DNA of 55,356 nt from Burkholderiales bacterium (lineage in GTDB: Bacteria; Pseudomonadota; Gammaproteobacteria; Burkholderiales; SG8-39), in assembly GCA_049663805.1 (NCBI GenBank), contig JBATEB010000195.1, positions 1 to 55,356 of the forward strand. The letters run 5' to 3'. The notes beneath the pieces are model-generated. The model was not told the DNA's origin. It saw nothing but the letters and a program-made list of their open reading frames with translations, and searched no databases. The translations under genes were made by a program, and so were the position numbers. Below are positions 8,579 to 17,968 of the stretch, piece after piece (positions within the stretch are counted from its first letter, which is position 1; the number at the start of each line of letters is the position of its first letter).

Positions 8579-9640
8579 ATGCGCCCGATCACGGCCCGTA
8601 TCGATCTTGCTGCGCTCCGGCATAACCTGGGGACGGTGAGGCGTCGCGCCCGGAGCTCGCGCATCTGGGCGGTGGTGAAGGCGAACGCCTACGGTCACGG
8701 GCTGGAGCGGGCGGCCGGTGGATTCGCCGGGGCCGACGGGCTGGCGCTGGTCGAGCTCGACGCGGCCATCCGGCTGCGCCAGTCGGGCGAAACGAGGCCG
8801 ATCCTGCTGCTGGAAGGTTTTTTCTCGCCGCAGGAACTCGTGCCGGTCGTCGAAAACCGGCTTTCCGTGGTGGTGCGCGACCGGGAGCAGCTGGTGATGC
8901 TGGAGACGGCCAGGATCCCGGCCAAGCTCCAGGTGTACGCGAAGCTCAACACGGGCATGAACCGCCTCGGCTTCGCGGAAAGCGAGTTTCGCGCGGTGCT
9001 GCAGCGCCTGCGGCAATGCGCGGGGGAGATCACCCTGATGACCCATTTCGCCGATGCCGATGGAAAGCGTGGGATCCGGTGGCAAGTCGACCGCTTCGCT
9101 GCGGCAACGGCCGGAGAGTCGTTCGCGCGCAGCCTCGCGAACTCGGCGGCGATCCTCCGCTACCCCGAATCTCACGCCGACTGGGTCAGGCCGGGAATCA
9201 TGCTCTACGGGTGCTCGCCGTTTGCCGACGAAACCGCCGAGAACCTGGACCTCAAACCGGCGATGACGCTGTCGAGCGCTGTGATCGCGGTACAGAGCCT
9301 GGGCGCGGGCGACTGCGTGGGGTACGGTTGCACTTTCACCGCGGACCGGCCGATGCGGATCGGCGTGGTCGCCTGCGGTTATGCGGACGGCTATCCGCGT
9401 CACGCGCCCACGGGAACGCCGATCCTGGTATGCGGCAAGCGTACCCGCACCCTGGGCCGCGTCGCGATGGACATGTTGTTCGCCGACCTGAGCGGAATTC
9501 CCGAGGCGCGCGTCGGCTCGCCCGTGACGCTGTGGGGCGAGGGGCTTTCGGCGGACGAGGTCGCGACGAGCGCGGGCACGGTGAGCTACGAGTTGCTGTG
9601 CGCGCTTTCGCCCCGCATTCCGGTCACGGAGACGGCCTGA
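8579..9640 (+). CDS. alr: Alanine racemase
   Basis: Contains MRPITARIDLAALRHNL...AVVKANAYGHG (PLP-lysine motif). 353 aa. Confidence 0.9.
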   Translation: MRPITARIDLAALRHNLGTVRRRARSSRIWAVVKANAYGHGLERAAGGFAGADGLALVELDAAIRLRQSGETRPILLLEGFFSPQELVPVVENRLSVVVRDREQLVMLETARIPAKLQVYAKLNTGMNRLGFAESEFRAVLQRLRQCAGEITLMTHFADADGKRGIRWQVDRFAAATAGESFARSLANSAAILRYPESHADWVRPGIMLYGCSPFADETAENLDLKPAMTLSSAVIAVQSLGAGDCVGYGCTFTADRPMRIGVVACGYADGYPRHAPTGTPILVCGKRTRTLGRVAMDMLFADLSGIPEARVGSPVTLWGEGLSADEVATSAGTVSYELLCALSPRIPVTETA

Positions 9641-10995
9641 TGGCAAAGGCGAGAACGAGCTACGCCTGCAGCGAGTGCGGGGGTGAATCGCCGAAATGGC
9701 AGGGGCAGTGCCCGCAGTGCGGCGCATGGAATACGCTGATCGAAGGCGTCGCCGAGTCGGGCGCCAAGCACCGCTTCTCCGGCGTCGCGAAGGGTTCGGG
9801 ACTGAAGCGCCTCTCTGAGGTGAGCGCGCGCGAGGCGAGTCGCACCGGCAGCGGCATCGGCGAGCTCGACCGGGTGCTGGGCGGCGGATTCGTCGCCGGG
9901 GAGGTGGTACTGATCGGGGGGGATCCCGGCGTGGGAAAGTCCACGCTTCTGCTGCAGGCGCTCGCCCTGATGAGCGCCTCGCACAAGGCCCTCTACGTGA
10001 GTGGTGAGGAATCATCCGAGCAGATCGCGCTGCGGGCGCACCGGCTGGCGCTCGATGCCGGGAAGCTCGAGCTCCTCGCCGAGATCCAGCTCGAGCGCAT
10101 CCTGGCTACGCTGGAGAAGGCAAGGCCCGAAATTGCCGTCGTCGACTCGATCCAGACGCTGTATTCCGAGCAGCTGACCTCGGCCCCGGGCTCGGTCGCC
10201 CAGGTGCGCGAGTGCGTGGCGCATCTCGCGCGCTACGCGAAGGCGAGCGGCGCCGTCATCGTGCTCGTCGGCCACGTCACCAAGGACGGTGCAATCGCAG
10301 GGCCGCGCGTCGTCGAGCACATCGTCGATTCGGTTTTGTACTTCGAAGGCGATACGCACCAGAGCTTCCGCCTCATCCGGGCGCTCAAGAACCGCTTCGG
10401 TGCGGTGAACGAGCTGGGTGTATTCGCGATGACCGACAAGGGCCTGCGTGGCGTCTCGAATCCGTCGGCGATCTTCCTGTCACGGCATTCGGGGGAGGTG
10501 GCCGGCTCGTGCATTCTGGTCACGCAGGAAGGCACGCGCCCGATGCTGGTCGAGGTGCAAGCGCTGGTCGATGCGGCGCACGCGCCCAACCCGAGACGGC
10601 TGTCGGTCGGGCTGGAGCAGAATCGGCTTGCGATGCTGCTCGCCGTTCTGCACCGCCACGCGGGTATTGCGTGCCATGACCAGGATGTTTTCGTGAACGC
10701 GGTCGGCGGCGTGCGCATCAGCGAGCCGGCGGCCGACCTTGCCGTGCTCCTGGCGATCGTTTCCTCGCTGACCGACCGGCCGCTCCCCGAGAAGCTCGCC
10801 GTCTTCGGCGAAGTGGGGCTCGCCGGCGAGGTACGCCCCGCGCCGCGCGGCCAGGATCGCCTCAAGGAAGCCGCGAGGCTGGGCTTCACCCGCGCCATCA
10901 TTCCCAAGGCCAATCTGCCGAAGCAGAAAATCGACGGCCTCGATGTCATTGCGGTCGAGCGTGTGGCCGACGCGATCGCGCGGTTTCGCGAGTAG
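9640..10995 (+). CDS. radA: DNA repair protein RadA
   Basis: TGATG overlap with alr. It has an N-terminal zinc finger (YACSECGGESPKWQGQCPQCGAWNT), a Walker A (GGDPGVGKSTLLLQ), KNRFG, and a Lon-like C-terminal domain. Confidence 0.95.
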   Translation: MAKARTSYACSECGGESPKWQGQCPQCGAWNTLIEGVAESGAKHRFSGVAKGSGLKRLSEVSAREASRTGSGIGELDRVLGGGFVAGEVVLIGGDPGVGKSTLLLQALALMSASHKALYVSGEESSEQIALRAHRLALDAGKLELLAEIQLERILATLEKARPEIAVVDSIQTLYSEQLTSAPGSVAQVRECVAHLARYAKASGAVIVLVGHVTKDGAIAGPRVVEHIVDSVLYFEGDTHQSFRLIRALKNRFGAVNELGVFAMTDKGLRGVSNPSAIFLSRHSGEVAGSCILVTQEGTRPMLVEVQALVDAAHAPNPRRLSVGLEQNRLAMLLAVLHRHAGIACHDQDVFVNAVGGVRISEPAADLAVLLAIVSSLTDRPLPEKLAVFGEVGLAGEVRPAPRGQDRLKEAARLGFTRAIIPKANLPKQKIDGLDVIAVERVADAIARFRE

Positions 10996-11064
10996 CGAGA
11001 ATTCCACACGCCAAGCAGCTTTCACGGCCCCGGCAATTCGCTATCGGTGGCGGAGTCGCGGGCG

Positions 11065-11093
11065 TTGCAAATGTCTGCGTATGGTTCTAGCAT
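11065..11093 (+). promoter_or_regulatory. Sigma70-like promoter upstream of the MAPEG gene
   Basis: TTGCAA-17 nt-TAGCAT, about 75 nt upstream of the ATG at 11169. Confidence 0.35.
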
Positions 11094-11168
11094 GGCCGCT
11101 TCTTGGCGTTGTCCACGGCTGCAAGAAGAAACCAAAGCCCGATTTCCGCACACGCAAAGGAGGAGCGC

Positions 11169-11558
11169 ATGACCGTTGAACTCAAGTACCTGACGTTGGT
11201 TACGGCCCTGACCGCGATATTCTGGATTCCCTACATACTCAATACGATCATGGTGCGCGGCCTGGTCGATGCCGTGGGTTATCCCGAAAACCCCAAGCCC
11301 CTCGCGCCCTGGGCGACCCGGATGAAGGCGGCGCATTACAACGCGGTGGAAAATCTGGTCGTCTTTGCCGCGCTGGTCCTGGTCGCGCACGCGCTGAACG
11401 TCCGGGGCGAGGCGACGGCGATGGCGTGCATCATCTATTTCTGGACTCGTCTGGTCCACGTCATCGCCTACACCTTCGGCATCCCCTGGGTACGTACCCT
11501 CGCGTTTGCCGTCGGGTTCGGGTGTCAGGTCACCCTGATTCTGAAGATTCTCGGATAA
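11169..11558 (+). CDS. MAPEG family membrane protein
   Basis: 129 aa with four hydrophobic helices. It contains HYNAVENLVVFAALVL...RLVHVIAY, typical of bacterial MAPEG / glutathione-transferase-like proteins. AAGGAGGAG Shine-Dalgarno. Confidence 0.7.
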   Translation: MTVELKYLTLVTALTAIFWIPYILNTIMVRGLVDAVGYPENPKPLAPWATRMKAAHYNAVENLVVFAALVLVAHALNVRGEATAMACIIYFWTRLVHVIAYTFGIPWVRTLAFAVGFGCQVTLILKILG

Positions 11559-11560
11559 GG

Positions 11561-11588
11561 GCTTCCCACGCGGGAAGCAGCAGGTTTT
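11561..11588 (+). terminator. Hairpin plus short T-run after the MAPEG gene
   Basis: GCTTCCC-ACGC-GGGAAGC is a perfect 7-bp stem. It is followed by AGCAGGTTTTG. Confidence 0.4.
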
Positions 11589-11619
11589 GCGTTACCCATC
11601 AATACACGAAGGAGAAAAT

Positions 11620-12591
11620 ATGAGAAGGATGTTCATGCTATTGGGGATGCTCGCCATGGGAATGGCCGGCACCGCGGCGCAGACCGCCCACGCGGCCAAC
11701 GTCAAGATCACGCCCTTGGGCAGCCATGACGGGGAGTTCTGTCCGCGCGACCGCGCCCTGATATTCGAGGATCCGGACGGCACGCGCATTCTCTACGACG
11801 CGGGGTTCACGGTTCGGGGAGCCGACGACCCCCGGCTCGGGAAAATCGATGCCGTGCTGCTGAGCCACGTCCACGGGGACCATCTGGGGCCCGCCCATCA
11901 ACCGGCGGCGAACGCCGGGGAATGCGGCAAGCCCGATTTTTCGGTCAACGACACGCCCAACTCCAACACCGTCAACATCGTCGTCGGGAAAAAAGCCCAG
12001 TTTCTGGTGGGCGGCGAGCAGAATTCGTTTTTCCCGCTCAAGGTCAAAGCCGCGGGAGGCGATCCTTCTCAAGTCAAGATCGCGCGCTTCGGTTCGGAAA
12101 GCAAGGTGGGCGGCGTCAGAATCACCACGGTGCCGGCGGTGCACACCAACGGCTTGCCCCCGGAGTTTCTCGAAAAAGAGCTCGGCGAGTCGCTCAAGGC
12201 CAACGGACTCACCGCCTATATCGGCCCGCCGGCAGGCTACGTACTGCAATTCAGCAACGGGCTCGTTGCCTACTTGTCGGGCGATACGGGGATAACGGCC
12301 GAGCAGGATCTGGTCGTTCGCCGGTATTACAAGGCCAATTTCGCGGTGATGAACATCGGGGGCACGTTCACGACGGGACCCGCTGAAGCGGCGCACGTCA
12401 TCAATACGCTGGTCAAGCCGAAATCGGTAATCGCTTCGCATGCCAACGAGGTGGCGACCAAGGGCGGCAAGCTGTTGCCTGGCTCGAAGACGGCGGCATT
12501 CAAGAAGCTGGTCAAAGTGCCCGTGCACGTTCCGTTGAGCGGCAAGACCATGGAATTCAACGGCGGCGGCAAGTGCGTATCCGGCTGCTGA
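11620..12591 (+). CDS. Secreted MBL-fold metallo-hydrolase
   Basis: AAGGAGAAAATATG. It has a signal peptide ending AHA-AN and an HxHxDH motif (SHVHGDHLG). 323 aa. Confidence 0.75.
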   Translation: MRRMFMLLGMLAMGMAGTAAQTAHAANVKITPLGSHDGEFCPRDRALIFEDPDGTRILYDAGFTVRGADDPRLGKIDAVLLSHVHGDHLGPAHQPAANAGECGKPDFSVNDTPNSNTVNIVVGKKAQFLVGGEQNSFFPLKVKAAGGDPSQVKIARFGSESKVGGVRITTVPAVHTNGLPPEFLEKELGESLKANGLTAYIGPPAGYVLQFSNGLVAYLSGDTGITAEQDLVVRRYYKANFAVMNIGGTFTTGPAEAAHVINTLVKPKSVIASHANEVATKGGKLLPGSKTAAFKKLVKVPVHVPLSGKTMEFNGGGKCVSGC

Positions 12592-12614
12592 TAACTTCGT
12601 AGGTCGATGTCTCC

Positions 12615-12648
12615 GGGGCCTGTCAAAGCGACGGGCCCTTTTCTTTTT
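12615..12648 (+). terminator. Rho-independent terminator of the MBL gene, overlapping the 3' end of convergent hpnE
   Basis: GGGGCCTGT-loop-ACGGGCCC stem followed by TTTTCTTTTT. Confidence 0.6.
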
Positions 12649-13978
12649 CCCCCGGAACGTGGGCCAGGTTCCCGTCGGAGGTGCAGCGGGCGGCCTGCAC
12701 TCCGCTGCGCACCGCGGCTTCCAGCGTCGCGGGATGGGGGCCGGCGATATAGTCGCCGGCGAGCATCAGTCCGGGCACGGGAGTGGCGCCTTCGGGGCGC
12801 CTGAGTGCGGGCCGGCAGGAGAACGTGGCTCGTTTCTCGACAATAACCTGAGAAGACCGCAGGGAAGGCAGTCCCGGCAGAGCCGCCCTCAGCTCGGAGT
12901 CGATTCTCGAGGCCAGCGTCTCCCTGTCCAGCTCTTCGTGCGCGCCGGAACCGCTGGTCACCGCCGCCACGAGGCCCGCATGGTCCTCGCTGCCCGGTCG
13001 CTGTCGGTCGAATAGCCACTGGAGGATTCCTCCGGCGAAACCGAGCATCGGTGAGGGCAGGGACAGGTGTCCCGCGTAACGCAGGTAGCAAGTGACGATC
13101 GGCTCGTAGTCGAGCCGCTCGATCAGCGCGCGCGCGGTGGCCAGCTCGGGGAAGGCGGCGAGCAGGGGCGAGGCGTGCTGCGGGGCGCAGGCGACGATGA
13201 CTCCGGCGTAGCGCTCGGGCCGATCGTCGAGTTGAAAACCCTGGCTGTCTCTTGTCACGATCTTTATGGGTGAGCCGGTGCAGACGGTTCCACCTCGCGT
13301 CCGGAGGTAGGCCGCGGCCGGGTCCGGGAACAGGCGACTCAGATCGGCGAGCCCGATCAGAAGGTCGCTGGACCGGCTGGAATCGGCGAGGCCGTCGCGG
13401 AGGACGTTGGCGAATACCTGGGCGGAGGCCCGTCCGACCGGCGTGTTCAGCGCAGAAACGCACAGAGGCTCCCACAGGTGGGAGCGGAGGATCCCCGCCT
13501 GGTTCCATTCGTCCAGAAGCCGGGCGACGCTGCGATCGGGTTCGATTCGAAAATTCTTCATCCGCAGTCCCGCGACGAAACGCGCTGCGCCGAAGGATTG
13601 GGCGAGCCCCAGACTCCTCGTGCCGAAGATCGCGGCCAGCAGGTTGACGGGGTAGGGGAGTCGCGGCGCGCGGAGATGGAAGCCGTCGGCGAAACGCAAT
13701 TCGAGCGGCAGGCGCAGAAGCAGCCGCTCGGGATCGGCGCCGACTTTGCGCATCAGGCGGAGCGTCTCCCGGTAGGCGCCGAGCAGCACGTGCTGCCCGT
13801 TGTCGAGGTCGATTCCGTCGAGGGTCACCCTGCGGGCGCGCCCGCCGAGCGTGCGCGAGGCCTCGAACACCGTGACGGGAATCTCCCGCTCGGCGAGCGA
13901 CACCGCGGCGGCCATGCCGGCCCAGCCCGCCCCGATGACGGCGATGCAGCCCCGGGGGGCGAGGCGTTCGGCTCTCAA
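12623..13978 (-). CDS. hpnE: Hydroxysqualene dehydroxylase (squalene-associated FAD-dependent desaturase)
   Basis: It has an FAD dinucleotide fold (IAVIGAGWAGMAAAVSLA...VFEASRTLGGRA). It is last in the hpnC-hpnD-hpnE order. The final ~15 codons overlap the terminator above and may be a non-conserved tail. Confidence 0.8.
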   Translation of the reverse strand: MRAERLAPRGCIAVIGAGWAGMAAAVSLAEREIPVTVFEASRTLGGRARRVTLDGIDLDNGQHVLLGAYRETLRLMRKVGADPERLLLRLPLELRFADGFHLRAPRLPYPVNLLAAIFGTRSLGLAQSFGAARFVAGLRMKNFRIEPDRSVARLLDEWNQAGILRSHLWEPLCVSALNTPVGRASAQVFANVLRDGLADSSRSSDLLIGLADLSRLFPDPAAAYLRTRGGTVCTGSPIKIVTRDSQGFQLDDRPERYAGVIVACAPQHASPLLAAFPELATARALIERLDYEPIVTCYLRYAGHLSLPSPMLGFAGGILQWLFDRQRPGSEDHAGLVAAVTSGSGAHEELDRETLASRIDSELRAALPGLPSLRSSQVIVEKRATFSCRPALRRPEGATPVPGLMLAGDYIAGPHPATLEAAVRSGVQAARCTSDGNLAHVPGEKEKGPSL

Positions 13979-14015
13979 TGAGGCTCCAGCGGCAAGCGCG
14001 GAGGCTGCTCCGCGC

Positions 14016-14849
14016 CTACGCCGTGACCCACGTCCGCCATGCGATCCAGAGTTTGCGCACGGGCGTCAGGGCAACGCGCTGCCTGAGCACCTGGTAGCCG
14101 TCCGCGGCAATTTCCTCGAGCAGCGTCCTGTAGATCGCCGCCATCACCAGGCCCGGCCGTTGGGCGCGACGGTCCTCCGCAGGCAGGAGCGCGAACGCCT
14201 CGTCGTAGCAGCGCAGGGCGCGCTCGGTATGGAATCGCATCAGGCGGGCGAAGTTCTCGGTATGGCGGGCATTGAGGATGTCCGCGGCGGTGACGCCAAA
14301 TCGCGCCAGTTCGTCCATGGGCAGGTAGATCCGGTCGTTGCGCGCATCCTCGCCGACGTCCCGAATGATATTGGTGAGCTGGAATGCGAGACCGAGCCTC
14401 TCGGCATAGTCGAGCGTCGCCGGATTGCGATAGCCGAAGATCGCCGCCGCGAGAGCGCCCACCACGCCCGCCACCCGGTGGCAGTAACGCTGCAGACCCG
14501 CGAAATCCGGGTAGCGGCTCTGGCTGAGGTCCATCTCCATGCCGTCCATGATTTCGTCGAGGTGCGCCTGGGTGATCCCGAACCGCCCGATCGCACCGGC
14601 GAGCGCGCGTGTCACCGGATGCTGCGGCCCGCCGGCGAAAAGTTGCGCGACCTCGGTGCGCCACCACGCGAGCTTCGCCGCGGCGACTGCCGGTTCCCGC
14701 GATTCGTCCACGGCGTCGTCCACTTCTCTGCAAAAAGCATAGAGAGCGATGATCGCGTTCCGCTTCTCGATCGGCAGGAACAGGAAGGAATAGTAGAAGC
14801 TCGAGCCGCTTTGGGCCGCTTTCTGCCGGCAATATTCGTCGGGTGTCAT
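14016..14849 (-). CDS. hpnD: Presqualene diphosphate synthase
   Basis: Contains SSFYYSFLFLP, YAFCREVDDAVDE (Asp-rich motif 1) and NIIRDVGEDARNDRIYLP (motif 2). 277 aa. Confidence 0.85.
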   Translation of the reverse strand: MTPDEYCRQKAAQSGSSFYYSFLFLPIEKRNAIIALYAFCREVDDAVDESREPAVAAAKLAWWRTEVAQLFAGGPQHPVTRALAGAIGRFGITQAHLDEIMDGMEMDLSQSRYPDFAGLQRYCHRVAGVVGALAAAIFGYRNPATLDYAERLGLAFQLTNIIRDVGEDARNDRIYLPMDELARFGVTAADILNARHTENFARLMRFHTERALRCYDEAFALLPAEDRRAQRPGLVMAAIYRTLLEEIAADGYQVLRQRVALTPVRKLWIAWRTWVTA

Positions 14850-14926
14850 GCTGACGCCGCGATACCCCCGGGATTGACGCGTCCGACTCGGAAATGGCGG
14901 AGAGAGGACACCATCAGGCGGGTCCG

Positions 14927-15736
14927 CTACATCGCAATCGCGCGCGCGAGCAGGAGCGGCCAGTCCCAGGCTCGCAGGGCCGGGCGGCGCCGGAATACGT
15001 CGCCACGCGCGCGTTCGAGCTTATCGAGGATCATGAGGCCCCCTTGCACGACCGCGCGGAGTTCGAGGCCGGCGCGCCCCGACAGCCGTCGGGCGAGCGG
15101 GGCGCCGCGCAGCATCATCCAGCGCGACCGGTCGATCTGAAATCGCATCAGATTCCACCAGCCCCCGGACGCATCGCGTGCGGCGATTTGCGCCTCGGTG
15201 ACGCCGAACCGCGCCATGTCGTCCTGGGGCAGGTAGACGCGGCGCCGGTGAAAGTCGGAATCCACGTCCTGCCAGAAATTGGTGAGTTGAAGCGCCGAGC
15301 AGATCGCGTCCGACCAGGCGTGGCTGGTATCGTCGGACCGGCCATACAAGTGCAGCATCAGCCGGCCGACCGGGTTCGCCGAACGGTGGCAATAGTCCAT
15401 GAGCTCACGGAAGTTCGCATAGCGATGTTTCGTCACATCCTGCGTGAAAGCATCGAGCAGTTCGTGGAACGGCTCCAGCGGGAGACGATAGGCTGCGACA
15501 ACCTCGCGCAGTTCCTGGAACAGCGGAGAGGGCGTCGACTGGCCGGCTTCCAGGCGGCGCAGTTCCGCACGGTAGCCTTCAAGGCGCGCGAGCCGCTCGG
15601 ACGGGGGGAGATCGCCTTCGTCGGCGAAGTCGTCGGCCGTGCGCGCGAATCGGTAGATGACCGAAACCGGATGTCTGAGGCCTTCGGGAAGCAGCACCGA
15701 AGCGACCGGAAAATTCTCGTAATGGCTGACCGACAT
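14927..15736 (-). CDS. hpnC: Hydroxysqualene synthase (squalene synthase HpnC)
   Basis: Contains YENFPVASVLLP, FARTADDFADEGD and NFWQDVDSDFHRRRVYLPQD. 269 aa. Confidence 0.85.
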   Translation of the reverse strand: MSVSHYENFPVASVLLPEGLRHPVSVIYRFARTADDFADEGDLPPSERLARLEGYRAELRRLEAGQSTPSPLFQELREVVAAYRLPLEPFHELLDAFTQDVTKHRYANFRELMDYCHRSANPVGRLMLHLYGRSDDTSHAWSDAICSALQLTNFWQDVDSDFHRRRVYLPQDDMARFGVTEAQIAARDASGGWWNLMRFQIDRSRWMMLRGAPLARRLSGRAGLELRAVVQGGLMILDKLERARGDVFRRRPALRAWDWPLLLARAIAM

Positions 15737-15771
15737 TGCCCTATTTTTTTAAGGGGTTTCAGGCTCTTAGG

Positions 15772-15800
15772 CTGACAGTATAGGGGCGTTGCGGTAGAAT
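15772..15800 (+). promoter_or_regulatory. Sigma70-like promoter for tRNA-Leu (and possibly tig)
   Basis: CTGACA-17 nt-TAGAAT, about 80 nt upstream of the mature tRNA 5' end. Confidence 0.45.
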
Positions 15801-15805
15801 GGCAC

Positions 15806-15849
15806 GCACGTTGCACGTTCGGCGTGGGCACGTTGCGCGTTCGGCGTGG
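15806..15849 (+). repeat. Tandem direct repeat, 2 x 22 nt, one mismatch
   Basis: GCACGTTGCACGTTCGGCGTGG (15806-15827) is immediately followed by GCACGTTGCGCGTTCGGCGTGG (15828-15849). The first unit contains CACGTT twice; the second contains CACGTT plus the one-mismatch variant CGCGTT. Confidence 0.9.
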
Positions 15850-15883
15850 AGGTGCTCGCCGGGGGGTAACGGAGGGCCGCGCC

Positions 15884-15968
15884 GCGAAGGTGGCGGAATG
15901 GGTAGACGCACTGGATTTAGGTTCCAGCGCCGCAAGGCTTGGGGGTTCGAGTCCCTTCCTTCGCACCA
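15884..15968 (+). tRNA. tRNA-Leu (anticodon TAG)
   Basis: Hand-folded cloverleaf. Acceptor is GCGAAGG/CCTTCGC. Anticodon arm is CTGGA-TTTAGGT-TCCAG. There is a long variable arm (GCC-GCAA-GGC) and a T-loop TTCGAGT. CCA is encoded. Confidence 0.9.
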
Positions 15969-15984
15969 GATCAGGGTCAGAGGA

Positions 15985-17289
15985 ATGCAAACGAGCGTAG
16001 AAACGTTAGGCAAGCTGGAACGGAGACTGAACATGGCGGTATCCGCCGAGCAGATCGACCGGGAGGTCGAGCAGCGGCTGCGCAAACTGTCGCGCACCGT
16101 ACGCATGGACGGCTTCCGCCCCGGAAAGGTCCCGCTCAAGATCCTGGCACGGCAATACGGACCTCAGGTGCGCTCGGAAGTGATCTCCGATGCCGTGCAG
16201 CGGGCGTTCGCCGAAGTGGTAAGGGAGCAGAACCTGAGAGTGGCGGGCTATCCCCGCATCGAGCGCAAGGAAGGCGCCGACGAAAAGCAGCTTGCCTTCA
16301 GCGCGACTTTCGAGATCTACCCGGAGATCAAGCTGGGCGACTTGACCCAAGCGACGATTCGGCGTCCGGCTCATGGAGTCGATGAGAGCGACGTCGACCG
16401 CACGCTCGAAATCCTGCGAAAACAGCGTGTGACCTGGGAAACCGTGACGCGCGCCTCGCAGCCGGGCGACCGCGTGACCGTGGATTACACCGGCCGTATC
16501 GATGGCGAGGAATTTCCCGGAGGCAAAGCCGGCGGAGCGGCCGTGGTGATCGGCGAGGGTCGGATGCTGCCCGATTTCGAGGCCGGCCTTTCCGGCGTCT
16601 GCACCGGGGATCGGAAGAGCTTCCCGGTCGTTTTCCCCCCCGATTACCCCGGGAAGGACGTCGCGGGAAAGACCGCGAATTTCGAGGTCGGCGTGTCCCG
16701 GGTGGAAGCGCCGAAGTTGCCCGAGGTCGATGCGGATTTCGCCAGGTCCCTGGGGGTGGCGGACGGCGATATCGGGAAGATGCGCGAGGAAGTCAGGGCA
16801 AACGTCGAGCGTGAAATCCGCAAGCGCGTCGAGAGCGAGGTCAAGCAGAAAGCCATGGAAGCTCTGATCGAGACATCGGTGCTCGATCTGCCCAGATCGC
16901 TGGTCGAAGCGGAAATCCAGCGGATGGTGCACCAGGCGCGAGCGGACCTCGAAAGTCGCGGCGTCAAGCTGGAAAAGCTGCCGGTGAATCCGGAAGCGAT
17001 CGAGGCGCAGGCGCGGCGGCGCGTGACCCTCGGACTCATCCTGGGCGAGCTGGTAAAGACGCACGGTCTCGGTGCCAAACCCGAGCAGGTGCGCGCGCTG
17101 GTCACGGAATACGCCCAGACCTATGAGCAGCCCTTCGAAGTGGTAAAATGGGTCTATTCGGAGCCGCAGCGATTGAGCGAATTCGAGGGTCTGGCGGTCG
17201 AATCGAACGTGGTCAACTGGGTCCTCGATCGGGCCAAAGTGGAGGAGAGGGCGATCGGCTTCGATGAACTGATGGGGGCGGCGGAATGA
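15985..17289 (+). CDS. tig: Trigger factor
   Basis: Contains [19 protein letters not shown]...FRPGKVP (ribosome-binding motif) and a central FKBP domain. 434 aa. It precedes clpP-clpX-lon. Confidence 0.95.
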   Translation: MQTSVETLGKLERRLNMAVSAEQIDREVEQRLRKLSRTVRMDGFRPGKVPLKILARQYGPQVRSEVISDAVQRAFAEVVREQNLRVAGYPRIERKEGADEKQLAFSATFEIYPEIKLGDLTQATIRRPAHGVDESDVDRTLEILRKQRVTWETVTRASQPGDRVTVDYTGRIDGEEFPGGKAGGAAVVIGEGRMLPDFEAGLSGVCTGDRKSFPVVFPPDYPGKDVAGKTANFEVGVSRVEAPKLPEVDADFARSLGVADGDIGKMREEVRANVEREIRKRVESEVKQKAMEALIETSVLDLPRSLVEAEIQRMVHQARADLESRGVKLEKLPVNPEAIEAQARRRVTLGLILGELVKTHGLGAKPEQVRALVTEYAQTYEQPFEVVKWVYSEPQRLSEFEGLAVESNVVNWVLDRAKVEERAIGFDELMGAAE

Positions 17290-17954
17290 GCGATACGATG
17301 TGGCACGACGGCTCGCCGCAAAGGCTGGCATCCCGTCAGGATACGCAGGGCCTGGGGTTGATACCCATGGTGATCGAGCAGAGCGGGCGCGGCGAGCGCG
17401 CCTACGACATCTACTCGCGCCTGCTGAAAGAACGGGTGGTTTTTCTGGTCGGGCCCGTCAACGAGATCTCCGCCAACCTGATCGTCGCGCAGCTCCTGTT
17501 CCTCGATTCGGAAAACCCCGACAAGGACATTTTCTTCTACATCAACTCGCCGGGCGGGTCGGTGTCGGCCGGACTCGCCATCTACGACACGATGCAGTTC
17601 GTCAAGCCGGACGTTTCCACGCTCTGCGTCGGACAGGCCGCCAGCATGGGCGCGCTGCTGCTCGCCGCCGGCGACAAGGACAAGCGTTTCTGCCTCCCGA
17701 ACTCGCGGGTCATGATTCACCAGCCGATGGGAGGGTTTCAGGGGCAGGCATCGGACGTCGAGATCCATGCAAAGGAGATCCTGTATCTCCGCCAGCGCCT
17801 GAACGAAATCATGGCGAAGCACACGAATCAGAGCGTCGAGCGGATCTCTCGCGATACCGACCGGGACAATTTCCTGTCGGCGGAGGAAGCGGTGAAGTAC
17901 GGACTGGTCGACAAGGTGCTGACTACACGGGTTGAAGCGGCTGCGACGGCGTGA
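17286..17954 (+). CDS. clpP: ATP-dependent Clp protease proteolytic subunit
   Basis: ATGA overlap with tig. Contains [21 protein letters not shown] and [14 protein letters not shown] (active-site Ser), plus His and Asp motifs. The exact start is uncertain. Confidence 0.93.
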   Translation: MSDTMWHDGSPQRLASRQDTQGLGLIPMVIEQSGRGERAYDIYSRLLKERVVFLVGPVNEISANLIVAQLLFLDSENPDKDIFFYINSPGGSVSAGLAIYDTMQFVKPDVSTLCVGQAASMGALLLAAGDKDKRFCLPNSRVMIHQPMGGFQGQASDVEIHAKEILYLRQRLNEIMAKHTNQSVERISRDTDRDNFLSAEEAVKYGLVDKVLTTRVEAAATA

Positions 17955-17968
17955 GCGCGGAGAAGACG

